DNA from: Centroscyllium fabricii
Lineage: Eukaryota
DNA: 64,000 nt
Direction: 5' to 3'
Assembly: GCA_051313645.2 (NCBI GenBank)
Contig: JBNRSN020000005.1
Location: 312,728,001 to 312,792,000, forward strand
Below, piece after piece: positions 25,642-38,893 of this stretch (position 1 is its first letter; every line of letters starts with the position of its first letter). The position numbers and the translations under genes are program-made. Below the pieces are notes generated by a model. That model did not search any database. It saw nothing but the letters and a program-made list of their open reading frames with translations, and was not told the origin of the DNA.

Positions 25642-26013
25642 AAACACAGAAGATAGGAGCAGGAGCAGGCCATTTGGCCTTTCGAGTCTGCTCTGCCATT
25701 TTGATGAGATCATGGCTGATCATCCAAACCCAGCACCCCCCCTCCTACCCTCTCCCCATATCCCCCGACACCCCCAACTCTAAGAACTATATCTCACACA
25801 CGTACTCATGGACAATTTTTTTTTTTAGTATCTCCAATTCACCTAACCTGCATGTCTTTGGGTGGTGGGAGGAAACCGGAGTACCCGGAGGAAACCCACA
25901 CGAACACGGGGAGAACATGCAAACTCCAGGCAGAGAGGTCCCGGGTCAAGCAGGATTCGAACCCAGGAGTTCCTTATTGCGAGGCAGCAGTGCTAACCAC
26001 TGCGCCACCGTGT
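25642..26013 (-). mobile_element. tRNA SINE, divergent HE1-like subfamily
   Basis: A box GGTGGCGCAGTGG, B box GGTTCGAATCC, shared core and CR1 tail. Confidence 0.85.
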
Positions 26014-26057
26014 CGTCCACCGCTATTTGTAGAGTAGCAAATATTCATAAATGCCTA

Positions 26058-26970
26058 GCCAATTCAATTCACTCCACATGATATCAAGAAACAGCTGAGT
26101 GCACTGGACACAGCAAAGGCTATGGGCCCTGACAACATTCTGGCTGTAGCACTAAAGACTTGTGCTCCAGAACTAGCCGCGCCTCTAACCAAGCTGTTCC
26201 AGTATAGCTACAACACTGGCATCTCCGCAACAAAGTGGAAAATTGTCCAGGTATGTTCTGTCCACAAAAAGCAGAAACAAATCCAAGTTGGCCAATTACC
26301 ACCCCATCAGCCTACTCCCAATCATCAGCAAAGTGAAGGAAGGAGTCATCAATAGTGCTATCCAACAACCTGCTCACCAATGCTCAGTGTGGGTTCTGCC
26401 AGAACCACTCATCTCCAAGCTTAGGCTGATAAGTGACAATTAACATTTGCGTAGCACAAGGCGCAAGTCAGGAGTGTGATGGAATACTCTCCACTTGCCC
26501 GGATGGGAGCAGCTGCAACAACACTCAAGAAGCTCAGTACCATCCAGGACAAAGCAGTTTGTTTGATCAGCATCCCATCCACCACCTTAAACATCCACTC
26601 CCTTCACCACCAGCGCACCATAGCTGCAGTGTGTACTATCGCAAGTCAGCAAGGCTTCTTCGGCAGCACCTCCCAAACCGCCACCTCGGATAAGGACAGC
26701 AGGTGAATGGGAACACCATCACCTTCAAGATCCCTTCCAAGTCAAACACCAAGTCCCGACTTGGACATATATCACCGCCGTTCCTTCATCGCCGCTGGGT
26801 CAAAAATATGGAGTTCCCTACTTAACAACATTGTGGGAGTACCTTCACCACATGGACGGCAGTGGTTCAAGAACAAGACTCATCACCATCTTCTCGTGGG
26901 CAACTAGGGATGGACAATAAATGTTGGCCTTGCCAGCAACGCCCACATCCCAAGAATGAATTTTAAAAAG
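26058..26970 (+). mobile_element. CR1-group LINE fragment with internal deletions
   Basis: KAMGPDNI ... LKTCAPELAAPL ... ANYHPISLL motifs; 3' terminus shared with 8375-8478. Confidence 0.85.
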
Positions 26971-27365
26971 CCTATGTTGTGGGGAAGAGAGGTCAGGTTA
27001 TCAAGGTTAGGAATGACTTTTTAAAAATTCTTTTGACATTTGTAGTGTGACAGGTGGTTAAAATTCACAATCAGGCTCTGTATAGAAGATTCCAGTTTTG
27101 CTGATATGCTTTCTGTTTTGCCAGTGGTTAAATTACTCAAAGCCACAGATTTCCGAGAGTTGTCCATTGGTGTTTCGTTACATAATCTTGATCAGTTTCC
27201 AGCTGCAAGTTAATGATTAACTGATGAATAGCACAAATGTGTGCGTGTATAGATCTATATATGTAACAACAGATAGGTAGGTTTGTAACACATATATAAA
27301 AATAAACATGCTATTTGCTATGCAGAACTGGCCATGCTGTTCTGCGGCTTTCGTCAGCCTATGCT

Positions 27366-30300
27366 CCCAGGAATACCTGTGCTATCAGGGGCAATCCCAG
27401 GAATACCTGTGCTATCAGGGGCAATCCCAGGAATACCTGTGCTATCAGGGGCAATCCCAGGAATACCTGTGCTATCAGGGGCAATTCCAGGATTACCTGT
27501 GCTATCAGGGGCAATCGCAGGAATACCTGTGCTATCAGGGGCAATCGCAGGAATACCTGTGCTATCAGGGGCAATCCCATGAATACCTGTGCTATCAGGG
27601 GCAATTCCAGGAATACCTGTGTTATCAGAGCAATCCCAGTAATACCCGTGCGATCAGGGCAATCCCAGGAATACCTGTGTTATCAGAGCAATCCCAGTAA
27701 TACCCGTGCGATCAGGGCCAATCCCAGGAATACCTGTGTTATCACAGCAATTCCAGGATTACCTGTGCTATCAGGGGCAATCCCAGGAATACCTGTGCTA
27801 TCAGGGGCAATCCCAGGAATACCTGTGTAATCAGGGCAATCCCAGGAATACCCGTGTTATCAGGGGCAATCCCAGGAATACCTGTACTATCACGGCAATC
27901 CCAGGAATACCCGTGCGATCAGGGGCAATCCCAGGAATACCTGTGTTATCAGAGCAATTCCTGGAATACCTGTGTTATCAGCGGCAATCCCAGGAATACC
28001 TGTGTTATCAGCGGCAATCACAGGAATACCTGTGTTATCAGAGCCAATCCCAGGAATACCTGTGCTATCAGGGAAATCCCAGGAATACCCGTGCAATCAG
28101 GGGCAATCACAGGAATACCTGTGCTATCAGGGGCAATCCCAGTGTGGTAAACCACTCTCTGTATATATATGTATATATTACTGTAATCACCTTTAACCAT
28201 GTTGTATAATAGTTCTCTGTGTGTGGTTACCTGGACATGCCCATGCTGGCCCTGCCTGTGACTCCTCCCTCCCAGGACCAGGTACATAAGCGGCCGTCTC
28301 CCTTCCCCAGCCATTCCTGGGGACGGTCGACTAGCTGGTGCATGTCCACCTTTAGCTAATAAAAGCCGATTGTTTCACCTCTTAATATCTCGTCTCTGAG
28401 GTCGTTAATTCGGTAACAATTTTATTAGCTAAAGGTGGACTTGCACCAGCTAGTCGACCGTCCCCAGGAATGCTAATAAAATTGTTACCCGGTTCACCCA
28501 GTTAGACGCGTATCCCCTCCCCCGTATAGCGGACATGGTAAATCAGATCGCGCAGTTTCGGGTCTTCTCGACTATAAATCTGAAGTCCGCATATCACCAG
28601 CTCCCCATCCGCCCAGAGGACCGTCTCTATACTGCCTTCGAGGCTGACGGCCGCCTCTATCACTTCCTCAGGGTTCCGTTTGGCGTCACCAATGGGGTCT
28701 CGGTCTTCCAAAGGGAGATGGACCGAATGGTCGATCAGTACGGGCTGCGGGCCACCTTCCCGTATCTCGATAACGTGACCATCTGCGGCCACGACCAGCA
28801 GGACCACGACGCCAACCTCCAGAAATTTCTCCACACCGCCAAAACACTAAACCTGACCTATAACATGGAAAAATGTGTGTTCAGGACCACCTGCCTCGCC
28901 ATCCTCGGCAGTGTTGTGGAGAATGGGGTCATCGGTCCCGACCCGGACCGCATGTGCCCCCTCCAGGAGCTCCCCCTCCCCCACTCCCTCAAGGCCCTCA
29001 AAAGGTGCCTGGGGTTCTTCGTCTATTATGCCCAGTGGGTCCCCAACTATGCGGACAAAGCCCGCCCACTACTTAAATCAACCTCATTCCCCCTGTCAGC
29101 AGATGCCCGCACGGCGTTCTGCGGCATAAAGGACAACATCGCAAAGGCGACGATGCACGCCGTGGACGAGACCGTCCCGTTCCAGGTCGAGAGCGATGCA
29201 TTGGACTTTGCCCTGGCCGCCACACTCAACCAGGCGGGCAGACCCGTGGCCTTCTTCTCACGCACCCTCCAGGGCCCCGAGACCCGTCACTCTTCCGTTG
29301 AGAAGGAGGGCCAGGCCATTGTTGAAGCAGTGCGACACTGGAAGCACTACCTGGCCGACAAACGATTTACCCTGCTGACTGACCAACGCTCAGTCGCTTT
29401 TATGTTCAACAACAAAGAGCGGGGTAAAATCAAGAACGACAATATACTGAGGTGGAGAATTGAGCTCTCCACTTTCAATTATGATATCTTGTACCTGCCC
29501 GGGAAATTCAATGAGCCCCCAGATGCCCTATCATGCGGTACATGTGCCAGCGCACAAGTGGACCGTCTCCAAACCCTGCACAATGACCTCTGCCACCCGG
29601 GGGTCACCAGGTTGGTCCACTTTGTGAAGTCCCGCAACCTCCCCTACTCCATCGAGGAGGTCAAGACCATGACCAGGAACTGCCAGGTCTGTGCGGAGTG
29701 CAAGCCGCACTTCTTTTGGCCAGACCGGGCGCACCTGATCAAGGCCACCCGCCCCTTTGAGCGACTCAGTGTCGATTTTAAAGGGCCCCTCCCCTCGTCC
29801 AACAGAAACGTGTACTTTTTCAATGTCATTGACGAGTACTCGCGTTTCCCCTTCGCCATCCCCTGCCCGGACATGACCTCTGCCACAGTCATCAAGGCCC
29901 TCCATAGCATTTTCTCCCTGTTCGGCTACCCCAGCTACATCCATAGCGACTGGGGGGCCTCTTTCATGAGTGACGAGCTGCGTCAGTTTCTGCTCGCCAA
30001 AGGCATCGCTACTAGCAGGACTACCAGCTACAACCCCCGGGGGAACGGATAGGTAGAGAGGGAGAACGCCACCATCTGGAAGGCCATCCTGTTAGCCCTA
30101 CGGTCTAAAGGCCTCCCAGTCTCCCGCTGGCAGGATGTCCTCCCCGAAGCGCTCCACTCCATCCGGTCACTCCTGTGTACGGCCACTAACGCCACCCCTC
30201 ACGAGCGACTTTTTACCTTCCCTAGGAAGTCGGCTTCCGGGACCTCGCTGCCGTCATGGCTATCGTCCCCAGGACCAGTCCTACTCCGGAGGCACGTGAG

Positions 30301-31431
30301 GGGCCACAAGTCGGACCCCCTGGTCGAACGGGTCCACCTCCTGCACGCCAATCCCCAGTACGCCTACGTGGCATACCCTGACGGGAGGGAGGACACAGTG
30401 TCCATCAAGGACCTGGCACCAGCGGGTGCCCCCGAGACCAGCCCTGCCCAACAGCCCGCGCCTGCCCACCACCCCCCCGGGCCACCGGCACCAAGGTACG
30501 TCGCTCAGCACGAGGCTCCAGCACCACGGTACGCCCACCCAGCACCTGCAGGCAGCACAGCATGGCCCCCGGCATGGCTCCATAGTGCACGCGCCCAAGA
30601 GTCGGACGATGAATGGGAGAGCGCGTCGCTAACCGTTACCGCAAGGGCACCGACGAGGAACCGAACGCCCCCGCCGACCCCGCTACAACCAACTCAACCG
30701 ACAACAGTACGTCCGCCGACCCCACCACCAGCGGTGCGCCGATCAACCAGGCAAACCAGGCCACCCGACAGGCTGGACTTGTAATAATAATAAAAAGAAC
30801 TGTCGCATTCACCCCGCCGGACTTTCGTTTTAAAGAAGGGGTGAATGTGGTAAAGCACTCTCTGTATATATATGTATATATTACTGTAATCACCTTTAAC
30901 CATGTTGTATAATAGTTCTCTGTGTGTGGTTACCTGGACATGCCCATGCTGGCCCCGCCTGTGACTCCTCCCTCCCAGGACCAGGTACATAAGCGGCCGT
31001 CTCCCTTCCCCCAGCCATTCCTGGGGACGGTCGACTAGCTGGTGCATGTCCACCTTTAGCTAATAAAAGCCGATTGTTTCACCTCTTAATATCTCGTCTC
31101 CGAGGTCGTTAATTCAGTAACACCCAGGAATACCTGTGTTATCAGGGGCAAGCCCAGGAATACCTGTGTTATCAGAGCCAATCCCAGGAATACCTGTGTT
31201 ATCAGAGCCAATCCCAGGAATACCTGTGCTATCAGAGAAATCCCAGGAATACCCCTGCGATCAGGGGCAATCCCAGGAATACCCGTGCGATCAGGGGCAA
31301 TCCCAGGAATACCTGTGTTATCAGAGCCAATCCCAGGAATACCTGTGCTATCAGGGGCAAGCCCAGGAATACCTGTGCTGTCAGGGACAATCCCAGGAAT
31401 ACCTGTGCTATCACCAGCAGCCCCAGGAATA
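27366..31431. repeat. 30-bp minisatellite (27366-28142 and 31123-31431) split by Gypsy 2
   Basis: Unit CCCAGGAATACCTGTGCTATCAGGGGCAAT with 29-bp variants; roughly 26 plus 10 units. Confidence 0.97.
28143..31122 (+). mobile_element. Gypsy LTR retrotransposon 2, gag-protease deleted
   Basis: LTRs 28143-28418 and 30846-31122; TSD CCCAG; PPT AAAGAAGGGGTGAA; ORF 28535-30052 (RT YLDN, RNase H, integrase) continues past a stop to 30784. Confidence 0.95.
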
Positions 31432-32457
31432 CATTCGCCCTCCTTAAGCACCAAATGTCGCCACTCCAAGTTACCAGATAACAGGAGGCTGAGCCCACTC
31501 CGTCCCTGCTTCCACTTGGACGTTGTGCCCACCCATCCTGCGGCTTCTCACTTCGCCCATGTGCTCCACTCCTGGCCCTATGTTCCGCCTTACAGAACTT
31601 GCTGGGAACAGCACGGGAGGTCCATTAGTTAGTAAATAGTGACAATTAACAGTAAAACAATGACAAAATTCTGTTATTGACTGATCTAAATTATAATACT
31701 CCCGCTTGACATTCAGCCTCTGGGATGTGCTGACATTGACATTTGAGGCCTGTGTAGATCAAAAGCTCCCAGATTAAAAGCCAATTAACTGATTTAAGAA
31801 TGTAGTTGTTTCTTTTCGGTTTCCAATTAACCAGATAAAACAAAACTCACAAAAGGGTAGAAGACTGTATAGAAGGCTTAGCCTTTCTAAAATGCATTCT
31901 GTTATGTCACTCCCGATAGTTCCACAAATCCATGTGATTTCAGCTATTTTACCGAAAAGGTGCTTTGTTAAATGATTTCTTTCAGTTTCCAGTCGCACTT
32001 TAATGATTATCGCACTTCACACATCATTCATGAATAGTAAATTAAAAACTAATTACTTGCAATACAAGCAGTCAGTTAATACTTTTTGTTTCTCAAAAGA
32101 ATGTTAACTAATTGACCAAAACAAATACCTATTTAAATGTAATTCTTTTGATCACAAATAGCAATTATTTTCATTCAATGCAATCAAGTGAAGATTGCTT
32201 TTTAGTAGCCCGAGCAAGCTGTGAAATTACTTTCTATTCATCGGGTGTATTTTTAATTAACTAAATAAAATACTGTAAAAATGTTATGAATAATTTGATT
32301 AAAGAGCTCTTTTCGATTCTAGAAATATCTCATATAATAGACAAGGAAAATAAATACACAGGCTTTCATTTTTTTACTGTCACGAAAAGGACATACACAA
32401 AAGCCAGAAATTATTTCAGGAAAAGTGTATCAAAAAGTGATAAATCAAGGAATTTCA

Positions 32458-33645
32458 ATCATAAGAACATAAGAATTAGGAGCAGGGATAGGCCATTCGG
32501 CCCTTCAAGCCTGCTCCGCCATTCAATAAGATCATGGCTGATCTTCTACATCAACTCCACTTTCCCACAGTCTCTGGGATGATACCTGGGATGGCAGGAA
32601 TGACGTATGCGGAGAGATTGGGTCGATTGGGCTTATACTCGCTGGAGTTTAGAAGAATGAGAGGGGATCTCATAGAAACTTATAAAATTCTGACAGGTCC
32701 GGCCAAACTAGATGCAGGAAGGATGTTCCCGATGATCGGAGAGTCCAGAACCAGGGGTCATAGTCTGAGGATAAGGGGTAAGCCAGAGATGAGAAAGAAT
32801 TTCTTCACCCAGAGAGTGGTGAACCTGTGGAATTCTCTACCACAGAATGTAGTGGAGGCCAGTTCATTAAATATATTTAAGAAGGAGTTGGATATATTCC
32901 TTAAGGCTAAAGGTATCAAGGGATATGGGGAGAAAGCAGGGACGGGGTACTGAGTTTGGATGATCAGCCATGGTCGCATTGAATGGTGGAGCAGGCTCGA
33001 GGGGCTGAATGGCCTACTCCTGCTCCTATCTTCTATGTTTCTATGTTTCTATCCCCAAATCCTTTGATTCCCTTAGTATCCAAAAATCTATCAAACTTTG
33101 TCTTGAATATGTGCGGGTTAGGTTGATTGGCCATAATAAATTGACCCTTAGTGTTAGGGCGATTGAATGTGTGGGGTTACGGGGATAGGGTGGGATATGT
33201 GTCGGTGCAGGCTCGATAGGGATCGAGGGATATGGGGACAAGGCAGGGGCGGGGTACTGGGTTTGGATGATCAGCCATGATCTCATTGAATGGCGGAGCA
33301 GGCTCGAAGAGCCGAATGGCCTGCTCCTGCTCCTAGTTTCTATGTTTCTATGTTTCTATATACTCAACAACTGAGTATCCACAGCTCTCTGGAGGTAGAG
33401 AATTCCAAAGGTTCACCACCCTCTGAGTGAGAAAATTTCTCCGCATCTCAGTCCTAAATGGTTGACCCCTTATTCTGAAACTGTGACCCCTGGTTCTAGA
33501 CTCCCCAGGCAGGGGAAACATCCTCCCTGCATCTACCCTGTCAAGCCCTGTAAGAATTGTATATGTTTCAATGAGATCACCTCCCATTCTCCTAAACTCT
33601 AGGGAATATAGGCCTAGTCTACTTAATCTGTCCTCATAGGACAGT
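32458..33645 (-). mobile_element. CR1 fragment interrupted by a plus-strand CR1 fragment (about 32577-33052) and a 5'-truncated SINE (about 33110-33358)
   Basis: ORFs 32534-32953 (+) and 33348-33587 (-) are both CR1 RT C-termini; the SINE 3' half matches 2420-2655. Confidence 0.85.
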
Positions 33646-34550
33646 CAATCTTGTCATAGTTTGAAGGTAGTGCTTACTATATGGTGTGCATTCTACTATT
33701 ATGCACAGACACACATTCTGGTGTGGTTGTATCCAGTTACCACCGCATGGGACAGTAGATCAATGATTGAATTTAAGTGTCGACATTTGGGCTTGTACAA
33801 ATACCAACTGAAAGGAAATTTCCTCAGAGCTCCATCGCTGTAACTTTGCCGGAAGTGTGGCACGAATCCCATTTATGCGCTTAAGTGGGGTTTGTACCGT
33901 GCTTTGCAGCAGAGTTATGGCAGGCAAGAGCACATCCGAAGAAATTCTGGGCCCAGCTGGTGTGGTTTGATGGCACGTTTGCTTTTGAGGAGGTGGGGGT
34001 GCCCTCGCCTGTAACTCCTGTCCCTTACAAACAACAGTGACTCCACTTCCAAGTAATCACTTGGCTGTGAAATGTTTTGGGATGACCTGAGGAATGTGAA
34101 AAGAGCTATATCAAACGCAAGTTCTTCTTTAGTGAGAAGGGAAAATTATACAGCACAGGCTGGAAGCATAGCCTCACCCCAACGTGAGGCCATCCACCCC
34201 TTACAAAGTGCCGCAGTGCTAGCTTTGTAGGACAACAAGGGTATCTGAGCTGTGCCAGTACAGCCACTACTCTGCTGATTACATCAAAGAAATATAGAAG
34301 TACCCTGTGTAAACAACTGGCATACAAATATGGGGTTTAATTCCTGCGGGAGTTCTCCCCTTGTTGCTAAAGCTTCTGTGGAAGATTTACAGAAACCCTG
34401 GAGAAATGATGGACATTCAACCCCGATGTCGAGAACACTGCTTAGTTTAAAATTCTTGGCTTTCAAGCCGTCCCTATATAAAATAAACTTTAATACAGCA
34501 TAATAAATCTCAGGGAAAAATTCAGATTATGACACTGCTGCACAAATTGT

Positions 34551-35108
34551 GGGAAAAATTGGTTTTGGGGTGCAAACCTCGGCGGGGCGCCCTGAAAAAG
34601 TTAGCGCTGTTCCGTCTGAAATTGGGTTTTAGCGCCCCAAGTAGGAGCTGAGGCGCTACTGCAAGCGCCCGACCTCGTTCCTTGGGCGCAACAACTCAAT
34701 TTCGGCCATTGTGGGTCGCTGCGCCACGCTCTGCAGCGCGCCACGGTACTGCAGACCTTCCTCCCCTTCTTAAAGGGAAATGGCAGTTGGCCAGCAAGAA
34801 AAATGGATGCCCGGCACCCCCTCCTTTAAATAGCGCTGGCCCGGCTGCATCTGCGTCCCCCTGACCCTGTCGGTGAAAGCGTCCGGTGCTACGTCAGGGG
34901 GCGCGACTGAGGTTCGTGGCCTTGGCGTGAGCGAGGCGTTGCGCATGGCGATTACGTCATTGCCGGTGGCGCAGCGCCACAGGGCGCTACCGGCTGCCAA
35001 CGCCGCCAGCGCCCCGTTGAATATAAAGGGAGGCGCTAGGTGCCTTGCGCCCCATTAGCAGCCCTCTTAGGGCGCTAACGGCTGCCGCAAACAACCCAAT
35101 TTTTCCCC
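34551..35108. mobile_element. Harbinger-type MITE, family A (internally deleted)
   Basis: GGGAAAAATTGG ... CCAATTTTTCCCC termini; homologous to 43981-44926. Confidence 0.8.
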
Positions 35109-35397
35109 ACATTGGATTTATCAATGGAACCTTTATTCACCTTAGGAACATTAAGGACTTGACAGGACACACTTTGTCATAGAAGCACAAGTCACCTTAT
35201 TTTATTACATCTATGACATACTACAATACAATTTAAAATGTTTTAAGCCCGAGAAACTAATCGTCACAGTCATGCTCATGTTCATATAATTTGATTGAAC
35301 TATTCGTGAAAAAGGTAGCTTCCATAAAGTCACTACTTCACTATTTTGTTTGAGAGGGAAAAGAGATATTTTATGAGGGATATTTACTGGTTGAATA

Positions 35398-35610
35398 TGT
35401 TGAGTCCGTGCTATAGACCTATTATAACAACGGACCAGACTTCAAGGTATGAAACCAAGAGATTTTTATTCAACCATTACAGAGTCTGGAACTGAGCATA
35501 TTGCTCCACGTACGAACGTATATACACTTGTGGCAGACCGCGGTACTGCAGTATTATGGCACTACACAAAGTAGTGCCCAGTACAATTTCTTAAAGGCAC
35601 ATACACCACA
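35398..35610 (-). mobile_element. Solo LTR (213 bp), family not otherwise seen in the window
   Basis: TGTTG...CCACA ends; 5-bp TSD GAATA; TATA-like motif and AATAAA on the minus strand. Confidence 0.8.
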
Positions 35611-35629
35611 GAATACAGATCGCAGTCAT

Positions 35630-36035
35630 CGGAACATAAGAACATAAGAACATAAGAAATAGGAGCAGGAGTAGGCCAATCGACCCCTCGAGCCTGCTCC
35701 GCCATTCAACAAGATCATGGCTGATCTGATCCTAACAACCAACCTACTATCACAGAAGCATCTCCTACATCTAACAGAATTCGACACACAAAATAGGAGC
35801 AGGATCAGGCTACACGGTCTCTGGGCCCGCTCCACTACCCACAGGGCCATGACCGATCTGAACCTAGACTCATGTCCAAATTCCTGCCCGCTCCCCGTAA
35901 CCTTTAATCCCTTTTACTACTAGGAAACTGTCTATTTCTGTTTTAAGTTTATATAATGATGTAGCTTCTACAGCTTTTTGGGGCAGCATGTTCCATGGAC
36001 CTACCACCCTCTGAGAGAAGTAGTTTCTCCTCACT
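35630..36035 (-). mobile_element. CR1 3' fragment(s)
   Basis: (AACATAAG)n tail and RRNYFSQRVVGPWN motif. Confidence 0.8.
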
Positions 36036-36082
36036 TTGTAGACCACTGCCTGTCCTTCAAGAACCATTATGACCGTAGTAAA

Positions 36083-36214
36083 TTGTAAGAAGTCACACAA
36101 CACCAGGTTATAGTCCAACAGTTTTATTTGAAATCACAAGCTTTCAGCTGTAACCTGGTGTTGTGTGACTTCTTACAATTGTCCACCCCAGTCCAACACC
36201 AGCACCTCCACATC
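36083..36214. mobile_element. Short Penelope terminal-repeat insertion with inverted arms
   Basis: 14-bp TSD ATGACCGTAGTAAA; same family as 40715-40829 and 51901-52568. Confidence 0.8.
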
Positions 36215-37308
36215 ATGACCGTAGTAAAGAGTGCAGCTTTCAATATTCACACACTGACTCGCTCCAAAAGATTGCAATGCCGCACATTCATTCACAACAA
36301 CCAACGTACTTTAGAAAATCACAGGCAGCAGCCGTTGTTTTTGCGAGTAAGTGGCTTGGTTGTACAATAATGGCAAACAGATACATTTTTTTGTTCCAAT
36401 TATGTTATTTCAATTGCAGTAGGATAGCTAATTTTAGCATTTGGCTTGGCTCCACATCCATGTAGATTTGACTGTCTTTTTTATTTAGCAGATCTCTGAA
36501 CTGGGACTGGTTTTGCCCTCCTAGAAGGATGTAATCGCATTACAACTGTTGTGCCAGTTATAGGGAATGCAGCTTGAAACCAGAATAAGACCCAACCTGA
36601 CACCACAGCACAGCAGAGTGAGATTCCCCAGAGGCAGGAGACACATTCAGCTTTGGTTCAGAGTCTGATTGGGCCGTAACGCTCAATTGACACTACATAA
36701 ATTCAGTGTCAGTGTGAAGTCAAAGCCACTTCACACTGACACTAAACTTGCACTGTGAATGCCCCGTAAAAATATATATAGGGCAGAATTTTCATGGAGC
36801 CGTGAGGTGGGGTTTTGGGCGAGACTGCAACGAAAATAGCAAAAACAGGGGTCTGCAACCCGTCCCGCCGGTTTCCCGCCCTCTTGTCAGTTTCACCCAG
36901 CAGGACCAATTGTCCCGCCTCAGTCCCGCCCGGCATCGGTGGGGATGGTCATTAGGGCCCTTAATCAGCAATTAATGGCATGTATGATCCTATTTTAAGG
37001 GCCCATTGCTAGATTGAGGCCTTTCCCACGCGAAACATGCCTGGGGAGAACACCGCCGTTGAAACCTGGCGGATACACTGTTGAGCTGGTGACTAACAGC
37101 AGCAGGACACTCATAAATGAAGATTTGTAAGCAGCCATCATTTGCAGGTGGCAGTATTTAGCTGTTTCAGGCCTGGGGCACCTTGCTGCAGACTTAACCA
37201 GACCTGCAGAAGGCTGCAGCCACACACAGTTCTCCACTGTGACCTCCCGGGAAAGCCCTCTCGCCACCCCCACTCAGTGCATCCTCAGCGGAGGCATCCA
37301 CCAGAAGC

Positions 37309-38583
37309 ATGGGAGGCCTTTTTTATCTTCCCTTCTTGGCGTTAGAGGATTTCCAGCAGCAGAGGTGCCAGCAACAGATCCAGCACCAACAACAGCAACA
37401 GCAACACCAGCAACAGCAGCACCAGCAACAGCAGCCACAGGCTCCTGCTCACCCTCCGGAGGCCGCACATGCCAGAGGGGGCCAGCGCATGGAAGGCCGT
37501 CGGCGCAGGAGATACCTCCCAAACAGGGTGTACAGACGCAGGGTCAGCTATCTCAATACGACTGAGCGGCAGTGTCAAAGGCGGCTTCAACTTCCCCAAC
37601 AGGTAGTGACTGACATCTGCGCTATGGTACAGCGAACCCTGGAGCTCAGAGCACCAGGTAGACACTCCTTACCAGTGGCTGTCAAAGTCACCACCGCTCT
37701 CAACTTTTTCACCTCAAGCTCATTCTAGGGGTCAGCAGCAGACATCAGTGGCATTTCCCAATCGGCCGCATACACTTGCATCACGTAGGTAACCGATGCC
37801 CTCTTTGCCCTCGCGCACAATCACATCCATTTCACCAGGGATCTGGCTAGTGTGAGGGCGCAAGAGATTGGATTTGCTCGTCTGGCAGGCTTTCCAAGGG
37901 TGCAAGGCATCATTGACTGCAGACATGTGGCCCTTAAGGCACCCCATGCCAACCCAGTTATTTTTGTCAACCGCAAGGGCTTGCACTCCCTTAACGTTCA
38001 ACTGATGTGTGACCACAAGAAGGAGATTATGCATGTTTGTGCCAAGTACCCAGGCAGTTACCATGACTCTTTCATACTGCATCAGTCTACTGTGCCTCCG
38101 CTCTTCAGTCCGCCAGGCGAACTTCAGGGATGGCTACTTGGAGACAAGGGATATCCCCTGAGGACTTGGCTAATGACGCTGTTGAGTAGGCCAGGCAACG
38201 AAGCAGAGGAGTGCTACAACTCCAGCCACAGTTCCACCAGATGCATTATCGAGCAAACCATCGGCTTGCTGAAGATGCGATTCAGATGCCTGGATAGATC
38301 AGGTGGAGCCCTCCAGTACTCAGCAGCTAGGATCTCCAAAATGGTCGTGGTTTGCGATGCGCTTCACAACATGGCACAGCGGCATGGCTTGCAGATTCCT
38401 GAGGACCAACTGGCTCCTCGTATACCCTCCTCAGATGATGATGATGATGATAATGAGGAGGAAGAGAAAGAGGACGATGAGAACGAGCATCCTGAAGAGG
38501 CCCATCAACCAGCGCCGGCTGTGCATCAGAACATTGCTGCCCGGGATGCAAGGAACGCACTTATACTGGCCAGATTTGGTTAG
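37309..38583 (+). pseudogene. Harbinger DDE transposase with in-frame stops near 37726 and 37786
   Basis: [39 protein letters not shown]; Gln-rich N-terminus and acidic tail. Confidence 0.93.
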
Positions 38584-38893
38584 CCTTGTGCAGCAAAGAC
38601 TTTAGCCTCACTGCTTCTTCCCTGAGCATTGACAATGGCTGAACCCTGCAGATCCCCAGCTATTTCAGCAGCAGCCTCACAACTGCAAGTAAATCTAAGC
38701 CCTCACAGTAAAAGCGCCATTCGCGCAATGACACACGCCAGAACTGCAGCGGTTGCCATTAGAATTTTTATGTACAATAACCAACTGATGGCCTGGACAC
38801 ATTAAACAACTTTCACCCAAGTGACAACCCCTGTGACTATTTGTGCTTTATTTTCCTCTTACGAGTGCTCCTACGTAGCGGTTCCCCGATGGC

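Noticed and set aside
27366-28142. 30-bp repeat as a CRISPR array or repetitive protein gene
   Set aside because: Units are head-to-tail with no unique spacers, there are no cas genes, the context is eukaryotic, and ORFs are open in several frames only because the unit lacks stops.
36705-36743. Perfect 16-bp hairpin as a terminator or miRNA
   Set aside because: Too short for a pre-miRNA, and bacterial terminators do not apply; probably the centre of a decayed MITE.
37309-38583. Domesticated HARBI1 host gene
   Set aside because: In-frame stops, TIRs, a TSD and a convergent Myb gene show it is a transposon copy.
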